From an uncultured Bacteroides sp. (GTDB lineage Bacteria; Bacteroidota; Bacteroidia; Bacteroidales; Bacteroidaceae): a stretch of DNA of 64,000 bases. The position numbers were made by a program, and so were the translations under genes. The DNA is taken from assembly GCA_964528875.1 (NCBI GenBank), contig CAZGUI010000004.1, forward strand, positions 3,627-67,626, read 5' to 3'. Under the pieces are notes generated by a model, which saw only the letters and a list, made by a program, of their open reading frames with translations, was not told the DNA's origin and made no database searches. Shown here piece after piece: positions 37,907 to 50,020 of this stretch. Every line of letters begins with the position of its first letter. Position 1 is the first letter of the stretch.

Positions 37907-38497
37907 TTAATCATTGGTAAAAGTTATTTTTCTTCTAATTCTACTTAATGTTTCAGGTGTTACATTAATAAAAGAAGCTATGTCTTTTAATGTGGCTACA
38001 TTTAAAATGTCCGGATGCTTTTTAATTAATTTCTGATAGCGTTGCTCAGCTGTATCACAATACATGGACAATAAGCGATTATAAATATCAATTAAAAATG
38101 TTCGGGAAATTTCTTTAATGAGTGTGTTTTCTATCTCTTGAATGTCAGTATATGACACAGAATATATGACACTATCCACTATGGTCTGGGCATCGGTAAT
38201 TGCTAATGAATCAAAGAAATTATCAGAATAATTTTCAAGAAAAGAGGGAAGATCAGCAATAAAATCATCACCAAAACTAAACCCCACCGTTTTCATTTCT
38301 CCTTTGGATGTATAGTTGATGTATTTAACGCCTCCTGTTTCTATATATCCAAAGATATTCTTAGAACTTCCTTTCCTGATGATATATTCTCCTTTCTTGA
38401 ATCTTTTTTTTGTTCCTTTATCAATACAAAGTTGTTTAAGCAGATTTATATTTGCTATCTCCAGGTATTTATTAAATTTTAGTTCTTGTTGTTCCAT
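37907..38497 (-). CDS. Crp/Fnr family transcriptional regulator
   Basis: cNMP-binding-like N-terminal domain. C-terminal HTH ATLKDIASFINVTPETLSRIRRKI carries the E-x-x-S-R recognition motif. No FNR-type N-terminal Cys cluster. Confidence 0.85.
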   Translation of the reverse strand: MEQQELKFNKYLEIANINLLKQLCIDKGTKKRFKKGEYIIRKGSSKNIFGYIETGGVKYINYTSKGEMKTVGFSFGDDFIADLPSFLENYSDNFFDSLAITDAQTIVDSVIYSVSYTDIQEIENTLIKEISRTFLIDIYNRLLSMYCDTAEQRYQKLIKKHPDILNVATLKDIASFINVTPETLSRIRRKITFTND

Positions 38498-38640
38498 ATA
38501 GCACTTTACATTGAAATTTAGCTTCTTGTATATAACAATTTACAACATTAAAAAATATATACAAAATAAGGAATAATAATTATAATAATCGGTAAAATAA
38601 AAAAAACTTTTATTCTCCTGTATATTTTATTGAACCCTAT

Positions 38641-38672
38641 AAAAAAAGGTAGAACTGAAAAAGTCCTACCTT
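38641..38672 (-). terminator. Intrinsic terminator of the rnf operon
   Basis: AAGGTAG (38646-38652) pairs with CTACCTT (38666-38672). On the minus strand the stem is followed by a T7 run. Confidence 0.65.
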
Positions 38673-38697
38673 CTATATAAAGCTATAAAATAATTAA

Positions 38698-39270
38698 TTA
38701 TACGATTCCTGAGAATCCCATAAATGCCATAGCCAATAAACCTGCAGTAATTAATGCAATAGGAGTTCCTTGCATCCCTTTAGGTATATTCGATAATCCC
38801 ATTTGTTCACGGATACCGGCAAATAAGATTAGAGCTAGTGCAAACCCTAAAGCAGTAGAGAAAGCATACACTACTCCTGTTAACAGGTTATAGTCTTTTT
38901 GTATTACTAAAATAGCAACACCAAGAATACAACAGTTAGTAGTAATTAAAGGTAAGAAAACACCTAATGCTTGATACAATGCAGGAGATACTTTTTTCAA
39001 AATGATTTCAACCATTTGAACTAATCCGGCAATAACCAGAATAAAAGCAATGGTTTGTAGATAGCCTAATCCAAAAGCATCCAATACAAACTTTTGTAGT
39101 AAAAAGGTTACTATTGTTGCTAATGTTAATACAAAGGCAACAGCAGCTCCCATACCTACCGCTGTTTCAACTTTCTTAGAAACTCCCAGAAATGGACAAA
39201 TACCTAAAAATTGTGACAACACTATGTTGTTCACAAAAATAGCTGATATAAATATTAATATATATTCCAT
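38698..39270 (-). CDS. rnfA: Rnf electron transport complex subunit A
   Basis: 190 aa, polytopic. NNIVLSQFLGICPFLGVS and LPLITTNCCILGVA motifs. Confidence 0.92.
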   Translation of the reverse strand: MEYILIFISAIFVNNIVLSQFLGICPFLGVSKKVETAVGMGAAVAFVLTLATIVTFLLQKFVLDAFGLGYLQTIAFILVIAGLVQMVEIILKKVSPALYQALGVFLPLITTNCCILGVAILVIQKDYNLLTGVVYAFSTALGFALALILFAGIREQMGLSNIPKGMQGTPIALITAGLLAMAFMGFSGIV

Positions 39271-39281
39271 AATTCTTTAGA

Positions 39282-39902
39282 TTAAGCTTTTTTGAAGCGG
39301 TTAATAATAGCGATTAAATAACCTAAAGCTATAAACGCTCCCGGAGCCAAAACAAATAGTAACATTCCATATTGCTCAGAGTAGATAGTTATATCGAATA
39401 CCTTGCCTGTACCTAAAAGTTCTCTTACAGCACCTAACATAGTTAAAGCAAGGGTAAAGCCTAACCCCATACCTAATCCATCGAATAGAGAAGATAAGGG
39501 AGAATTCTTAGCTGCAAAAGATTCTGCACGTCCTAGAACAATACAGTTAACTACAATTAGGGGAATAAACAATCCTAATGTAGCAAATAAATCCGGAACA
39601 TAGGCTTGCATAACCATTTGTAATAACGTTACAAATGATGCAATAATTACAATATAGGAAGGAATACGAACCATATCGGGTATTAAGTTCTTTACCAATG
39701 AGATAACCACATTAGAACATACCAAGACAAACAGTGTTGCCAATCCCATACCTAATCCGTTAATTGCCGAAGATGTTGTACCCAAGGTAGGACACATTCC
39801 CAAGAGGAGTACAAAGATGGGATTCTCTTTAATAATCCCGTTCATCAATACTTTAAAATTATTCATAATATGACTCCTTTTAATTTGTTTCTGTTGTTTC
39901 AT
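39282..39902 (-). CDS. rnfE: Rnf electron transport complex subunit E
   Basis: NPIFVLLLGMCPTLGTTS and IPLIVVNCIVLGRAE motifs. The likely true start is MNNFKVL at 39866, which removes the overlap with rnfG. Confidence 0.9.
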   Translation of the reverse strand: MKQQKQIKRSHIMNNFKVLMNGIIKENPIFVLLLGMCPTLGTTSSAINGLGMGLATLFVLVCSNVVISLVKNLIPDMVRIPSYIVIIASFVTLLQMVMQAYVPDLFATLGLFIPLIVVNCIVLGRAESFAAKNSPLSSLFDGLGMGLGFTLALTMLGAVRELLGTGKVFDITIYSEQYGMLLFVLAPGAFIALGYLIAIINRFKKA

Positions 39903-40524
39903 CGGTTACTAAATTGGTAGCACCTGATGTTTGATCTACTTCACCCTCTAAATAGGCTTTATATGCAGCATTTACAGCATTTAAAAATGCTCGTGTAGTG
40001 ATAGTAGATGCAGTAATTGAATTTACCTCACCTCCATCTTTATCTACAGATAAGGATTTTTCTCCCGGGTTTTTCCCTATAATATCACCCGGTTCTCCTT
40101 TTTTAAACCAGATATCAGCCTTTGAGCCTAAACCCGGAGTTTCAGTATGAGCTAAAAGAGAGTAATTGTAAATATTTCCATTCTCATCGAATCCTACTAG
40201 AATTTTCATCTCTCCTCCAAAACCTAATGAAGCCGCTTGTACAGCAGTACCAACCCACTTTTCTCCTTTTTTAGCTGGGTACACAATAAAATCCACTACT
40301 TGAGTTTCTCCTTGCGATTTAAAGATGGTATCACTATCCTCAACCGGATTATTATCAAATTCAGGAACTACACTCATTAGAGCCTCATTTAATATTTTCA
40401 TATTTGCTTGTGCAATAGGCTCTTTAGTTACCTCATTAAAATAAGCTAAAATGGCTACTGCAAGTGCTGTTACTCCTGTTAAAACTAACAGCATATTGAT
40501 TAATGATGATTCTAATTTTTTCAT
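39880..40524 (-). CDS. rnfG: Rnf electron transport complex subunit G (FMN-binding)
   Basis: N-terminal TM helix. ETPGLGSK and the flavinylation-type motif ITASTITTRA. ATGA overlap with rnfD. Confidence 0.9.
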   Translation of the reverse strand: MKKLESSLINMLLVLTGVTALAVAILAYFNEVTKEPIAQANMKILNEALMSVVPEFDNNPVEDSDTIFKSQGETQVVDFIVYPAKKGEKWVGTAVQAASLGFGGEMKILVGFDENGNIYNYSLLAHTETPGLGSKADIWFKKGEPGDIIGKNPGEKSLSVDKDGGEVNSITASTITTRAFLNAVNAAYKAYLEGEVDQTSGATNLVTDETTETN

Positions 40525-41546
40525 TTTTTCTTAGCTACCTCCCCAAAGCGTTTAGGTTTAAAATAGGTATTAATTAGTGGCGTAAATGCATTCATTATGA
40601 GAATTGCAAAAGACATTCCTTCCGGATATGCTCCAAACTGACGAATAACAATAGTTAAAAATCCGATAGAAACACCATAAATTATCATTCCTTTAGGTGT
40701 CATGGGTGATGTTACATAGTCAGTCGCCATAAATATAGCTCCTAATAAAAGTCCTCCTGTTAATAGGTGAACTAATGGGGAAGCATAGATTGAAGGATTA
40801 GCTATATGCATGGCACCCGCCACAACAAACACAGTACCTAAAATTGAAACTGGTACATGCCAAGTAATGATTTTCCTCCATAACATATATATCAACCCAA
40901 TGATTAAGGCGATGGCACTAACCTCCCCTAGCGATCCCGGATTATTTCCCATTAAAAGTGTAAAAGCATCAGGTAATTGATCCAAAGAAGCTCCGGGTGC
41001 TCCGTTAATAATACCTTTCATTAAAGCCAATGGAGTTGCACCTGTAGTTGCATCAGTATACGACATCAATTGTCCTACCTCCGGCCAAGAAGTCATTTGC
41101 ACCGGAAAAGACAAGAGTAAAAATACACGTCCGGCCAAAGCTGGATTAAAAGGGTTATTTCCTAAACCTCCAAATGACATTTTCCCCACCCCAATAGCAA
41201 AGAACGCCCCTAAAATAATAATCCATAAAGGTAAATTAGAGGGTAAATTGAAGGCTAGTAATACTCCTGTAATAATTGCAGAGCCATCTAAAATAGTTAG
41301 TTGTTCTTTTTTCATTAAGAACTTACATATAGCCCATTCAAAAAACACACAGGCTAAAACAGAAGTTGCTGTAACGATAAATGCACCTAAACCAAAAAAG
41401 ATTAAAGAAACTATAAATGCAGGTATGAGAGCGATTAACACTCCATACATATTTTTTTGAACACTATCTCCTCCATGAATGTGAGGCGATAAGGAAACGG
41501 TTAATTTATTACTCATATTCTTCATTTTATTTTGCTTGACGTCCAC
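40521..41546 (-). CDS. rnfD: Rnf electron transport complex subunit D
   Basis: SLSPHIHGG start region. GATPL and VTSPMTPKG (flavinylation Thr context). The start is ambiguous (41546, 41525 or 41516). Confidence 0.9.
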   Translation of the reverse strand: MDVKQNKMKNMSNKLTVSLSPHIHGGDSVQKNMYGVLIALIPAFIVSLIFFGLGAFIVTATSVLACVFFEWAICKFLMKKEQLTILDGSAIITGVLLAFNLPSNLPLWIIILGAFFAIGVGKMSFGGLGNNPFNPALAGRVFLLLSFPVQMTSWPEVGQLMSYTDATTGATPLALMKGIINGAPGASLDQLPDAFTLLMGNNPGSLGEVSAIALIIGLIYMLWRKIITWHVPVSILGTVFVVAGAMHIANPSIYASPLVHLLTGGLLLGAIFMATDYVTSPMTPKGMIIYGVSIGFLTIVIRQFGAYPEGMSFAILIMNAFTPLINTYFKPKRFGEVAKKK

Positions 41547-42861
41547 GAATCATTCCTCCCACTTTGTCTTTTCCCAGTCTACAATAATCAAGTAGTGGAC
41601 GATAGGCAGGACAAGTAAATTGGCAAGAGCCACACTCAATGCAATCCATTATGCGTTCATTCTCCATGCGTTCAAAATCTCCTTGTTCAGCTACTGCAGC
41701 TAATAAGTAAGGTTCAAGTCCCATAGGGCACACAGAAACACATTTGGCACACCGAATACAATCTTGACTTTGTCCTCTGTTCGATTCTTTCTTTGTGAAA
41801 ATTAGAACTCCAGAAGTACCTTTCACAGTTGGGACATCGGTTGAAACCAATGCTTTTCCCATCATAGGTCCACCTGATACAATTTTACCTGTATCGTCAG
41901 GAATTCCTCCGGCCACATCAATTAACTCTTGAATAGGAGTACCGATGCGTACCTTTAAGTTTGAAGGTTTTGCTACAGATTTTCCGGTAACAGTCACTAT
42001 ACGTTCAAATAAAGGTTTATTTTTCTGAACAGCTTCATAAACAGCAAACACAGTAGCTACGTTTTGTACTATGGAGCCTGTTGTAATCGGCAATTTCCCA
42101 CTAGCAACTTGTCGTTTAGTTATTGCTTCAATTAACTGTTTCTCACCACCTTGTGGATATCTAACTTTAAGTCCAATAACCTCAATTCCGGCATAATCAG
42201 CTGCAACCTTAGTCATTAACTCAATCGCATCGGGTTTATTATTTTCTATACCAATAAATGCCTTGTTTACTTTGGAAGCCTTCATTAATATAGAAACCCC
42301 AACCATAATTTCTTCTGCTTTTTCAAGCATTAATTGATGATCGGCAGTTAAATAAGGCTCACATTCCACCGCATTCACTATGATGCATTCTGCTTTCATG
42401 GAAGGAGGAGGAGTTAGTTTTACCTGAGTGGGAAAACAAGCACCACCTAACCCTACAATACCTGAATCACCTATTATTTTTGTGATTTCTTCCGATGATA
42501 AGCTACAATTTTTAACTAAAGTCTCAGAACGATCAATAGAATCTTCCCATTCATCTCCTTCAACATTTATTATAATGGCATCTTTGGGATAGCCACTAGC
42601 ATCTATAACGGTATCTACCTTAAACACTTTACCACTCACAGAAGAGTGTATTGCTGAAGAGATAAAGCCACCGGGTTCTGCTATTTTTGTCCCTACTTTT
42701 ACTTCATCTCCACGTTTTACTAAAGGTTTTGCCGGAGCTCCAATGTGCTGACTCAACATGATAGTTACTTGTTTTGGAACATCAAGCACTGTTATAGGTT
42801 GATGAGCAGACAGTTTATTCTCTTTTGGATGTACTCCACCTCTTGAAAATGTCTTTAACAT
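41527..42861 (-). CDS. rnfC: Rnf electron transport complex subunit C
   Basis: GIVGLGGACFPT. Two 4Fe-4S motifs, CIRCAKCVSVCP and CIECGSCQFTCP. Confidence 0.92.
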   Translation of the reverse strand: MLKTFSRGGVHPKENKLSAHQPITVLDVPKQVTIMLSQHIGAPAKPLVKRGDEVKVGTKIAEPGGFISSAIHSSVSGKVFKVDTVIDASGYPKDAIIINVEGDEWEDSIDRSETLVKNCSLSSEEITKIIGDSGIVGLGGACFPTQVKLTPPPSMKAECIIVNAVECEPYLTADHQLMLEKAEEIMVGVSILMKASKVNKAFIGIENNKPDAIELMTKVAADYAGIEVIGLKVRYPQGGEKQLIEAITKRQVASGKLPITTGSIVQNVATVFAVYEAVQKNKPLFERIVTVTGKSVAKPSNLKVRIGTPIQELIDVAGGIPDDTGKIVSGGPMMGKALVSTDVPTVKGTSGVLIFTKKESNRGQSQDCIRCAKCVSVCPMGLEPYLLAAVAEQGDFERMENERIMDCIECGSCQFTCPAYRPLLDYCRLGKDKVGGMIRGRQAK

Positions 42862-42894
42862 AGAGTAATATATTATATCTTAAGTTTAACTTGA

Positions 42895-43842
42895 CTATTC
42901 TTCTGTTGTACTAGTAGATTGTTGCTCTTCAATTTTTGGAGCACTCTCCTTCTTTTCTACAACTACTTTTTCACTAGCACTCTTTTCCTCATGCTTAACC
43001 TCTTCTTTTTTAACACGAGGTTTCTTTGGAGGAAAATTAACTTCTATGATGGCATTTTGAGGACAAACTTCCACACATTTACGGCACAATTTGCATTTGT
43101 CATAATCAATATAAGCTAATTTGTTTTTTATGACAATAGCATCAAAAGCACAAGCTTTCACACAAATACTACAACCTATACAACTCACTTCGCAAGCTTT
43201 ACGAGCAACAGGTCCTTTATCCTCATTCATACATGATACGTATACTCTTCTGGATCGAGGTCCTTTAGCACGTAGTTCAATAATGGAATGAGGACAAGCC
43301 GTTACACATGCATTACAAGCGGTACATTTATCTTCATCTACTTCGGGCAAACCAGTTTCGGGATTTATAAATATTGCATCAAACTTACAAACATCGACAC
43401 AGTCTCCAAAGCCTAAACAACCATAAGAACAAGCGGTTTCACCACCATAAAGAGCGGCTGCAATAGCACAATTCTTTGCTCCATCGTAATCATTGGTTTT
43501 AGGTCTGTTATCACAAGTTCCATTGCAACGAACCACAGCCACCATCGGATCTTTTGCTTCTGCATCCAATCCTAAGATTGAGGCGACTTGTGCCATAACT
43601 TTTGCACCTCCGGGAGGACAGTTTAAATCCTCTAATGAGTCTGCTTCAACACAGGCAGTCGCAAAAGCACTACATCCGGGAAAGCCACATCCACCACAAT
43701 TCGCTTGAGGCAATGCATCTGCAACTTTTTCAATCCGTGGATCTTCATAAACGGCAAATTTTTTAGAGGTACCGTAAAGTATAAGAGCAATGACAAGTGC
43801 TATTACACCCAGCGATACTACCGCGATTAGAATCACATTCAT
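42895..43842 (-). CDS. rnfB: Rnf electron transport complex subunit B (polyferredoxin) with a K/E-rich C-terminal tail
   Basis: N-terminal TM helix, CGGCGFPGC, and several CxxCxxCxxxCP ferredoxin motifs. The tail is PKKPRVKKEEVKHEEKSASEKVVVEKKESAPKIEEQQ. Confidence 0.9.
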   Translation of the reverse strand: MNVILIAVVSLGVIALVIALILYGTSKKFAVYEDPRIEKVADALPQANCGGCGFPGCSAFATACVEADSLEDLNCPPGGAKVMAQVASILGLDAEAKDPMVAVVRCNGTCDNRPKTNDYDGAKNCAIAAALYGGETACSYGCLGFGDCVDVCKFDAIFINPETGLPEVDEDKCTACNACVTACPHSIIELRAKGPRSRRVYVSCMNEDKGPVARKACEVSCIGCSICVKACAFDAIVIKNKLAYIDYDKCKLCRKCVEVCPQNAIIEVNFPPKKPRVKKEEVKHEEKSASEKVVVEKKESAPKIEEQQSTSTTEE

Positions 43843-43849
43843 ACATTTA

Positions 43850-44266
43850 TTAATTTATAGGTTTTATAGTAAATGAAAATTTATTTTTCATAAAGCTTTG
43901 ATTGAACCATAGCCATATATAATAAGGTACTAATGTACCTAAAGCAATCAAAGCTGCAATCAACTCATTATTTATCCAACTTGTTAACGCAAACAGAGAC
44001 ACAACGACCAAAAAAAATGGAAATACGAAAGCCCATAAAACAGCTTGCATTCCCATTGAAACGGTACCAGTAATTAAGACTTTATCCCCTATTTGATAGT
44101 TTTCTGTAGGAGCATAAATCTCAATAATTTTCTCTTTGCTTTCTGCGGAAGAACACATACTTTTTGCGCTACAAGATGCACATGCAGTTGTTTGGATTAT
44201 TTGTACAAAGACTTTTCCATTCTTTATGTTTTCCACAGTACCAGCGTGTTGTATTTCTTTTGTCAT
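43850..44266 (-). CDS. RseC/SoxR-reducing-system family protein preceding rnf
   Basis: The track start (44275) is a TTG; the first ATG is at 44266. CASCSAKSMC Cys motif followed by two TM helices, as in RseC/MucC. Confidence 0.75.
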   Translation of the reverse strand: MTKEIQHAGTVENIKNGKVFVQIIQTTACASCSAKSMCSSAESKEKIIEIYAPTENYQIGDKVLITGTVSMGMQAVLWAFVFPFFLVVVSLFALTSWINNELIAALIALGTLVPYYIWLWFNQSFMKNKFSFTIKPIN

Positions 44267-44440
44267 ATTTTGCAAAGTCCATATTACAAATCAAGACAAA
44301 TTTAATCATAATTTATAAATTAAAAACTATTAAGTCTGCATTAATATCTAATAATTATTAAAATAGCAGACACCTTTCTTATGAAATATTAACAACATAT
44401 ATTCTGTTGCGTGAAACGCATATAAAAAGCTTTTTTCATC

Positions 44441-44517
44441 GGTCCTAGACCGAGCACCCTTCAGTCCTAGACCGACAGCCCTTTGGTCTAGGACCGACAC
44501 ACTCTCGGTCTATACCC
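44441..44517 (-). repeat. GC-rich phased-palindrome element, copy 3 (inverted orientation)
   Basis: Motifs at 44441, 44463, 44485 and 44507 (GGTCCTAGACC, AGTCCTAGACC, GGTCTAGGACC, GGTCTATACCC). Its reverse complement matches the copy 1 core with 3 mismatches. Confidence 0.9.
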
Positions 44518-44616
44518 CCTTATCTTTAATAAAAAAAGCAGCACAAAAAAAGCACATTTAAGAAGCAAATCTCAAACATGCTTTCAACTATTTTTATTGT
44601 AGATTATATCAGTAAA

Positions 44617-46065
44617 TTACCATCTATAATTCAACCCAAAACTGAGTAACTCTTGTAGCTGAAAGTAACTTTTATCATTTACTCGCTTGGCTCCATCATC
44701 GAAACGCGCATGGACAAATAGACGGGTAGAGAGATACCTGTTTAAAACAAAGTCTATAGAATTTTCCCACTCAGCTTCAACTTTTTCATAATTGGTGAAA
44801 TAATATAATCGGGTATCTAATTTAATAGATGAAATTATATTCCATGAAAAACGAATATCTACCTTAGAACCGATATCGTGTAACACCTTCTCTCCCTTTT
44901 CCAAACCAAATTGTGTTTCATCCACATCTTTATTTCCAATGTATCTCAAATTATAAGACCCCGGAGAGATAATAGCTGATAAATTCACCTTCTTGTTTTT
45001 AAACTTGTAATCCATACCTAAACTCAGGGATAAATTGGCAGGTGCTAAGAATGAAGAAACTTTCTCTTCAGAATTCTTTTTATAATTAGTAAAAAACTGC
45101 GTATTAAACTCAGCAGAAAATGTATAATACCAATTGGTTATGGCTTTAACTCCTAACTTTGACGTTAATCGCAAAAGGTCGGTATTGATTCTGTATTTTC
45201 GTACAGTATCGGAAGAAATGGTATTAAAACCAACTTTCCCTTCAAACATTCCCTCAAACTCCACTTTCTTTTGATCGTTATATTTTAAGACCAATTTTAA
45301 TTGTCCATTTAAAGAGTTTGTACTTTCCCCTCCTTTATGCCAGTTTTCAGAAATATAATTTTGAGAAAGTTGGAACGACCCCAGCCCTTCTGTTGACCAC
45401 CAATTAGGTTTTCTTAAAAATAACTGTGGGTCTTCGTGCTTAAATTTACTCTCTTCGGGTTCAGGTTCAAACAACTTTAATATTGGGGTTTTAAGTGTTT
45501 CTTTTTCTGCACTTACATACTCATATTTAACAACATGGCCCATAATTTGATCTTCTGTTTTATGTACAAATTGAGGATTATCAGTATATACTGCTAGAAG
45601 AGATTTATTCACAAACTCATCTGCACGTTTAAAACTTGTAAATTTCAGGGTGTCAAAAGGTAGAAGTTCTTCCGTGGGATAGTCCACACCTTTGAATTCT
45701 TTTAAATGCCAATCCACATGAGAGTACTCTCCCATTGCTGAACGATAATAAGTAAGAGGTATAAATAACTTATAATAGTTTGGATCGGATTTAATATATC
45801 TTGCCGGAACAGAGTCGTGATTTAAATACTCTAACTGTCCTATATATTTATTGTATAGATACGAAACAGTATCCATTCGGACTCTTCCATGTTCATCTCT
45901 ATCCAAGCGCAAGAAAAAGTGCTCCTTCATTAAAGGGGATAAATCTTGTTTAATTGCATGTTTCACTTGTTGATTTAAATCTTGAGAATCAGAGTTGAGA
46001 CTTTGTCCTGCAACAAACTTGCATGAAATAATAAAAAGAAAAATAAACAAGTAACGACTTTTCAT
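44617..46065 (-). CDS. Outer-membrane beta-barrel-like protein (tentatively DUF3078-like)
   Basis: The track start (46086) is a TTG; ATG at 46065 gives the signal peptide MKSRYLFIFLFIISCKFVAG. C-terminal alternating pattern ending LSFGLNYRW. Confidence 0.65.
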   Translation of the reverse strand: MKSRYLFIFLFIISCKFVAGQSLNSDSQDLNQQVKHAIKQDLSPLMKEHFFLRLDRDEHGRVRMDTVSYLYNKYIGQLEYLNHDSVPARYIKSDPNYYKLFIPLTYYRSAMGEYSHVDWHLKEFKGVDYPTEELLPFDTLKFTSFKRADEFVNKSLLAVYTDNPQFVHKTEDQIMGHVVKYEYVSAEKETLKTPILKLFEPEPEESKFKHEDPQLFLRKPNWWSTEGLGSFQLSQNYISENWHKGGESTNSLNGQLKLVLKYNDQKKVEFEGMFEGKVGFNTISSDTVRKYRINTDLLRLTSKLGVKAITNWYYTFSAEFNTQFFTNYKKNSEEKVSSFLAPANLSLSLGMDYKFKNKKVNLSAIISPGSYNLRYIGNKDVDETQFGLEKGEKVLHDIGSKVDIRFSWNIISSIKLDTRLYYFTNYEKVEAEWENSIDFVLNRYLSTRLFVHARFDDGAKRVNDKSYFQLQELLSFGLNYRW

Positions 46066-46285
46066 AAGGTTTATTTTACAAAACAATTATTACAGTTACC
46101 TATCTGATAACCAGAGAAATACGATTCATTATAGGCCAAAATAGAATGTTCTTTTGGATTAATAAGTAAAGATATGGAAAAAAGAAGCTTATTACAAAAG
46201 ATTAATTCTCTAAATTCCTTTTTTATTATTTTGTTTCTAATAATAAGTTCGTTTCTTCTTTTTTTTAATAACTTTGTGAGTTTGA

Positions 46286-47938
<1,653 letters not shown>

Positions 47939-47961
47939 AAACATAAAACACATTTTTTGAA

Positions 47962-49812
47962 ATGGATAAAAACACCATCACAGGTTTAGTGCTGATTGGG
48001 CTACTATTAATTGGATTTAGTTGGTTTAGTCAACCTAGCAAGGAGCAACAAGAAGCAATGCAACGCTACAATGACTCCATTGCTCTTATTCAGCAAGAGG
48101 AAAATGCATTAAAAGCAAAACAAGAAGCAGCATTATCTCAAGAAACACATGTTGCTAAGATTGATTCCACCTCTCTTTTCTTTTCAGCAAGTGAAGGAGA
48201 AAACAACACTGTAACCTTAGAAAATAAGGTAATGAAAGTAATGCTTTCAAGTAAAGGAGGACGAATTTCTTCTGTTCAGCTGAAAGAGTACAATGATCAA
48301 AAAGGTGCTCCTTTAGTTCTGTTTGATGAAAACGACTCACACTTGAATTTCAATTTTTACAATGTCAATGAGATTATTCAAACGAAAGATTATTTCTTCA
48401 CTCCTATTATTGAAAGTGATGAAAAAGTCATTATGCGTTTATCTGTTGATGCGGAAAGTTATATTGATTTCATATACGAATTGAATGCCGAAACCTACTT
48501 GGTTGATTTCAAAATTCAAGCACAAGGTATGGAAGATAAGTTGGCTCACACAAACTATGTTGATATCAATTGGAAAGAACATGCTCGTCAATTGGAACAA
48601 GGAGGTTCTTTTGAACAAAGATTATCCCGATTAACTTACAAGATTCAACATTCTAAAACTAAGGATTTATCACCTGCTAAAGATGATCAAAAAGAGGTTG
48701 AAGAAAAAATAAACTGGATTGCATTCAAAAACCGTTTTTTCTCTTCTGTATTTATCACTGATCAAGGGTTTGAGAAGAGTAAGCTTGATTCTAAAGCTGA
48801 ACCACAAGGAGCCGATTATGTAAAAGACTATTCAGCCGAAATGAATACATTCTTTGATCCAACAGGAACAACTCCTACCTTGATGCACTTCTATATGGGG
48901 CCTAATCATTATAAAACGCTTAGAGCTTTAGATAGTGGTAAAGCAAAAGTAGATCAATGGGACTTGGATCGTTTGGTTTACTTAGGATGGCCTATTTTAC
49001 GTTGGGTCAATCAACTGTTTACTATTAACATCTTCGACTGGCTATCAGGATGGGGATTAAGTATGGGAGTGGTTCTTCTTTTCATGACTATTATTGTAAA
49101 ACTAGTAGTATTCCCTGCTACATGGAAAACATTTATGTCATCGACTAAGATGAGGGTATTGAAACCTGAAATTGATAAGATAAATGCTAAATATCCCGAT
49201 CAAGAGGATGCAATGAAAAAGCAGCAAGAGGTAATGGCATTGTATAGTCAATACGGTGTAAGCCCCATGGGTGGATGTTTACCTATGTTGTTACAGTTCC
49301 CTATTTTAATGGCCTTATTTATGTTTGTACCTAGCGCTATTGAACTTCGCCAAGAAAGCTTTTTATGGGCAACAGATTTATCTACTTATGACTCGTTCAT
49401 TAATTTGCCCTTTAATATTCCATTTATGGGAAGCCATATCAGTTTATTCTGTTTATTGATGACTGTAACTAATATATTAAACACAAAGTTCACCATGGCT
49501 CAACAAGATACAGGAGCACAAGCTCAAATGCCAGCCATGAAGTGGATGATGTATTTAATGCCTGTTATGTTCTTATTTATCTTGAATAGTTTCCCTTCCG
49601 GATTAACTTACTATTATTTTCTCTCTACTTTGATTAGTATCATCACTACATTAATACTTAAAAAAGTAATTAATGAAGATAAGGTATTAGCTGAACTAGA
49701 AGCAAAAAAATCAACAGAGAAAAAATCGTCCGGTTTTACTGCTCGGTTAGCTGCAATGCAGGAGCAACAGGAAGAGTTATTGAAGAAACAAAAAGAGAAA
49801 AGGAAAAAGTAA
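47962..49812 (+). CDS. yidC: Membrane protein insertase YidC (long Bacteroidota form)
   Basis: 616 aa. N-terminal TM helix, a large periplasmic domain, the conserved [16 protein letters not shown] segment and a basic C-terminal tail. Confidence 0.93.
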   Translation: MDKNTITGLVLIGLLLIGFSWFSQPSKEQQEAMQRYNDSIALIQQEENALKAKQEAALSQETHVAKIDSTSLFFSASEGENNTVTLENKVMKVMLSSKGGRISSVQLKEYNDQKGAPLVLFDENDSHLNFNFYNVNEIIQTKDYFFTPIIESDEKVIMRLSVDAESYIDFIYELNAETYLVDFKIQAQGMEDKLAHTNYVDINWKEHARQLEQGGSFEQRLSRLTYKIQHSKTKDLSPAKDDQKEVEEKINWIAFKNRFFSSVFITDQGFEKSKLDSKAEPQGADYVKDYSAEMNTFFDPTGTTPTLMHFYMGPNHYKTLRALDSGKAKVDQWDLDRLVYLGWPILRWVNQLFTINIFDWLSGWGLSMGVVLLFMTIIVKLVVFPATWKTFMSSTKMRVLKPEIDKINAKYPDQEDAMKKQQEVMALYSQYGVSPMGGCLPMLLQFPILMALFMFVPSAIELRQESFLWATDLSTYDSFINLPFNIPFMGSHISLFCLLMTVTNILNTKFTMAQQDTGAQAQMPAMKWMMYLMPVMFLFILNSFPSGLTYYYFLSTLISIITTLILKKVINEDKVLAELEAKKSTEKKSSGFTARLAAMQEQQEELLKKQKEKRKK

Positions 49813-49833
49813 ATCTTCCTTATCCATTCAATA

Positions 49834-49876
49834 CATTAAAAAGTCCAATAACTCACTGTTATTGGACTTTTTAATG
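49834..49876. terminator. Bidirectional terminator, 19-bp perfect palindrome
   Basis: CATTAAAAAGTCCAATAAC (49834-49852) pairs with GTTATTGGACTTTTTAATG (49858-49876) around the loop TCACT. It lies between convergent genes. Confidence 0.8.
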
Positions 49877-50020
49877 TATTGGGTTTTTATAAAATCATTT
49901 AGAATTAAGAGATTTATATCTTTTATGGAGAGGTCATTAAGAAATCTTTGCTACAGGATGTATTGCATCAACTGTTATTGAAGCAATCATTCCAAACCTT
50001 GTTCCTTTTGTATCAAAGCG

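Noticed and set aside
41248-44361. Antisense + ORFs within rnfD, rnfB and the RseC gene (41248-41460, 42919-43119, 43493-43708, 44093-44361).
   Set aside because: They lie inside strongly supported Rnf genes on the other strand and their products are low-complexity.
30154-44517. Copies 2 and 3 of the GC-rich element are in inverted orientation and bracket a 14.3-kb segment (the unknown cluster, crp and rnf). This could suggest an invertible or mobile segment.
   Set aside because: The segment carries the core Rnf operon and no recombinase, integrase or transposase. Composition matches the surroundings. Additional copies occur elsewhere (10741 and a relic at 54510), so the bracketing is most simply coincidental. 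Read-pair or long-read evidence of inversion would be needed to revive the idea.
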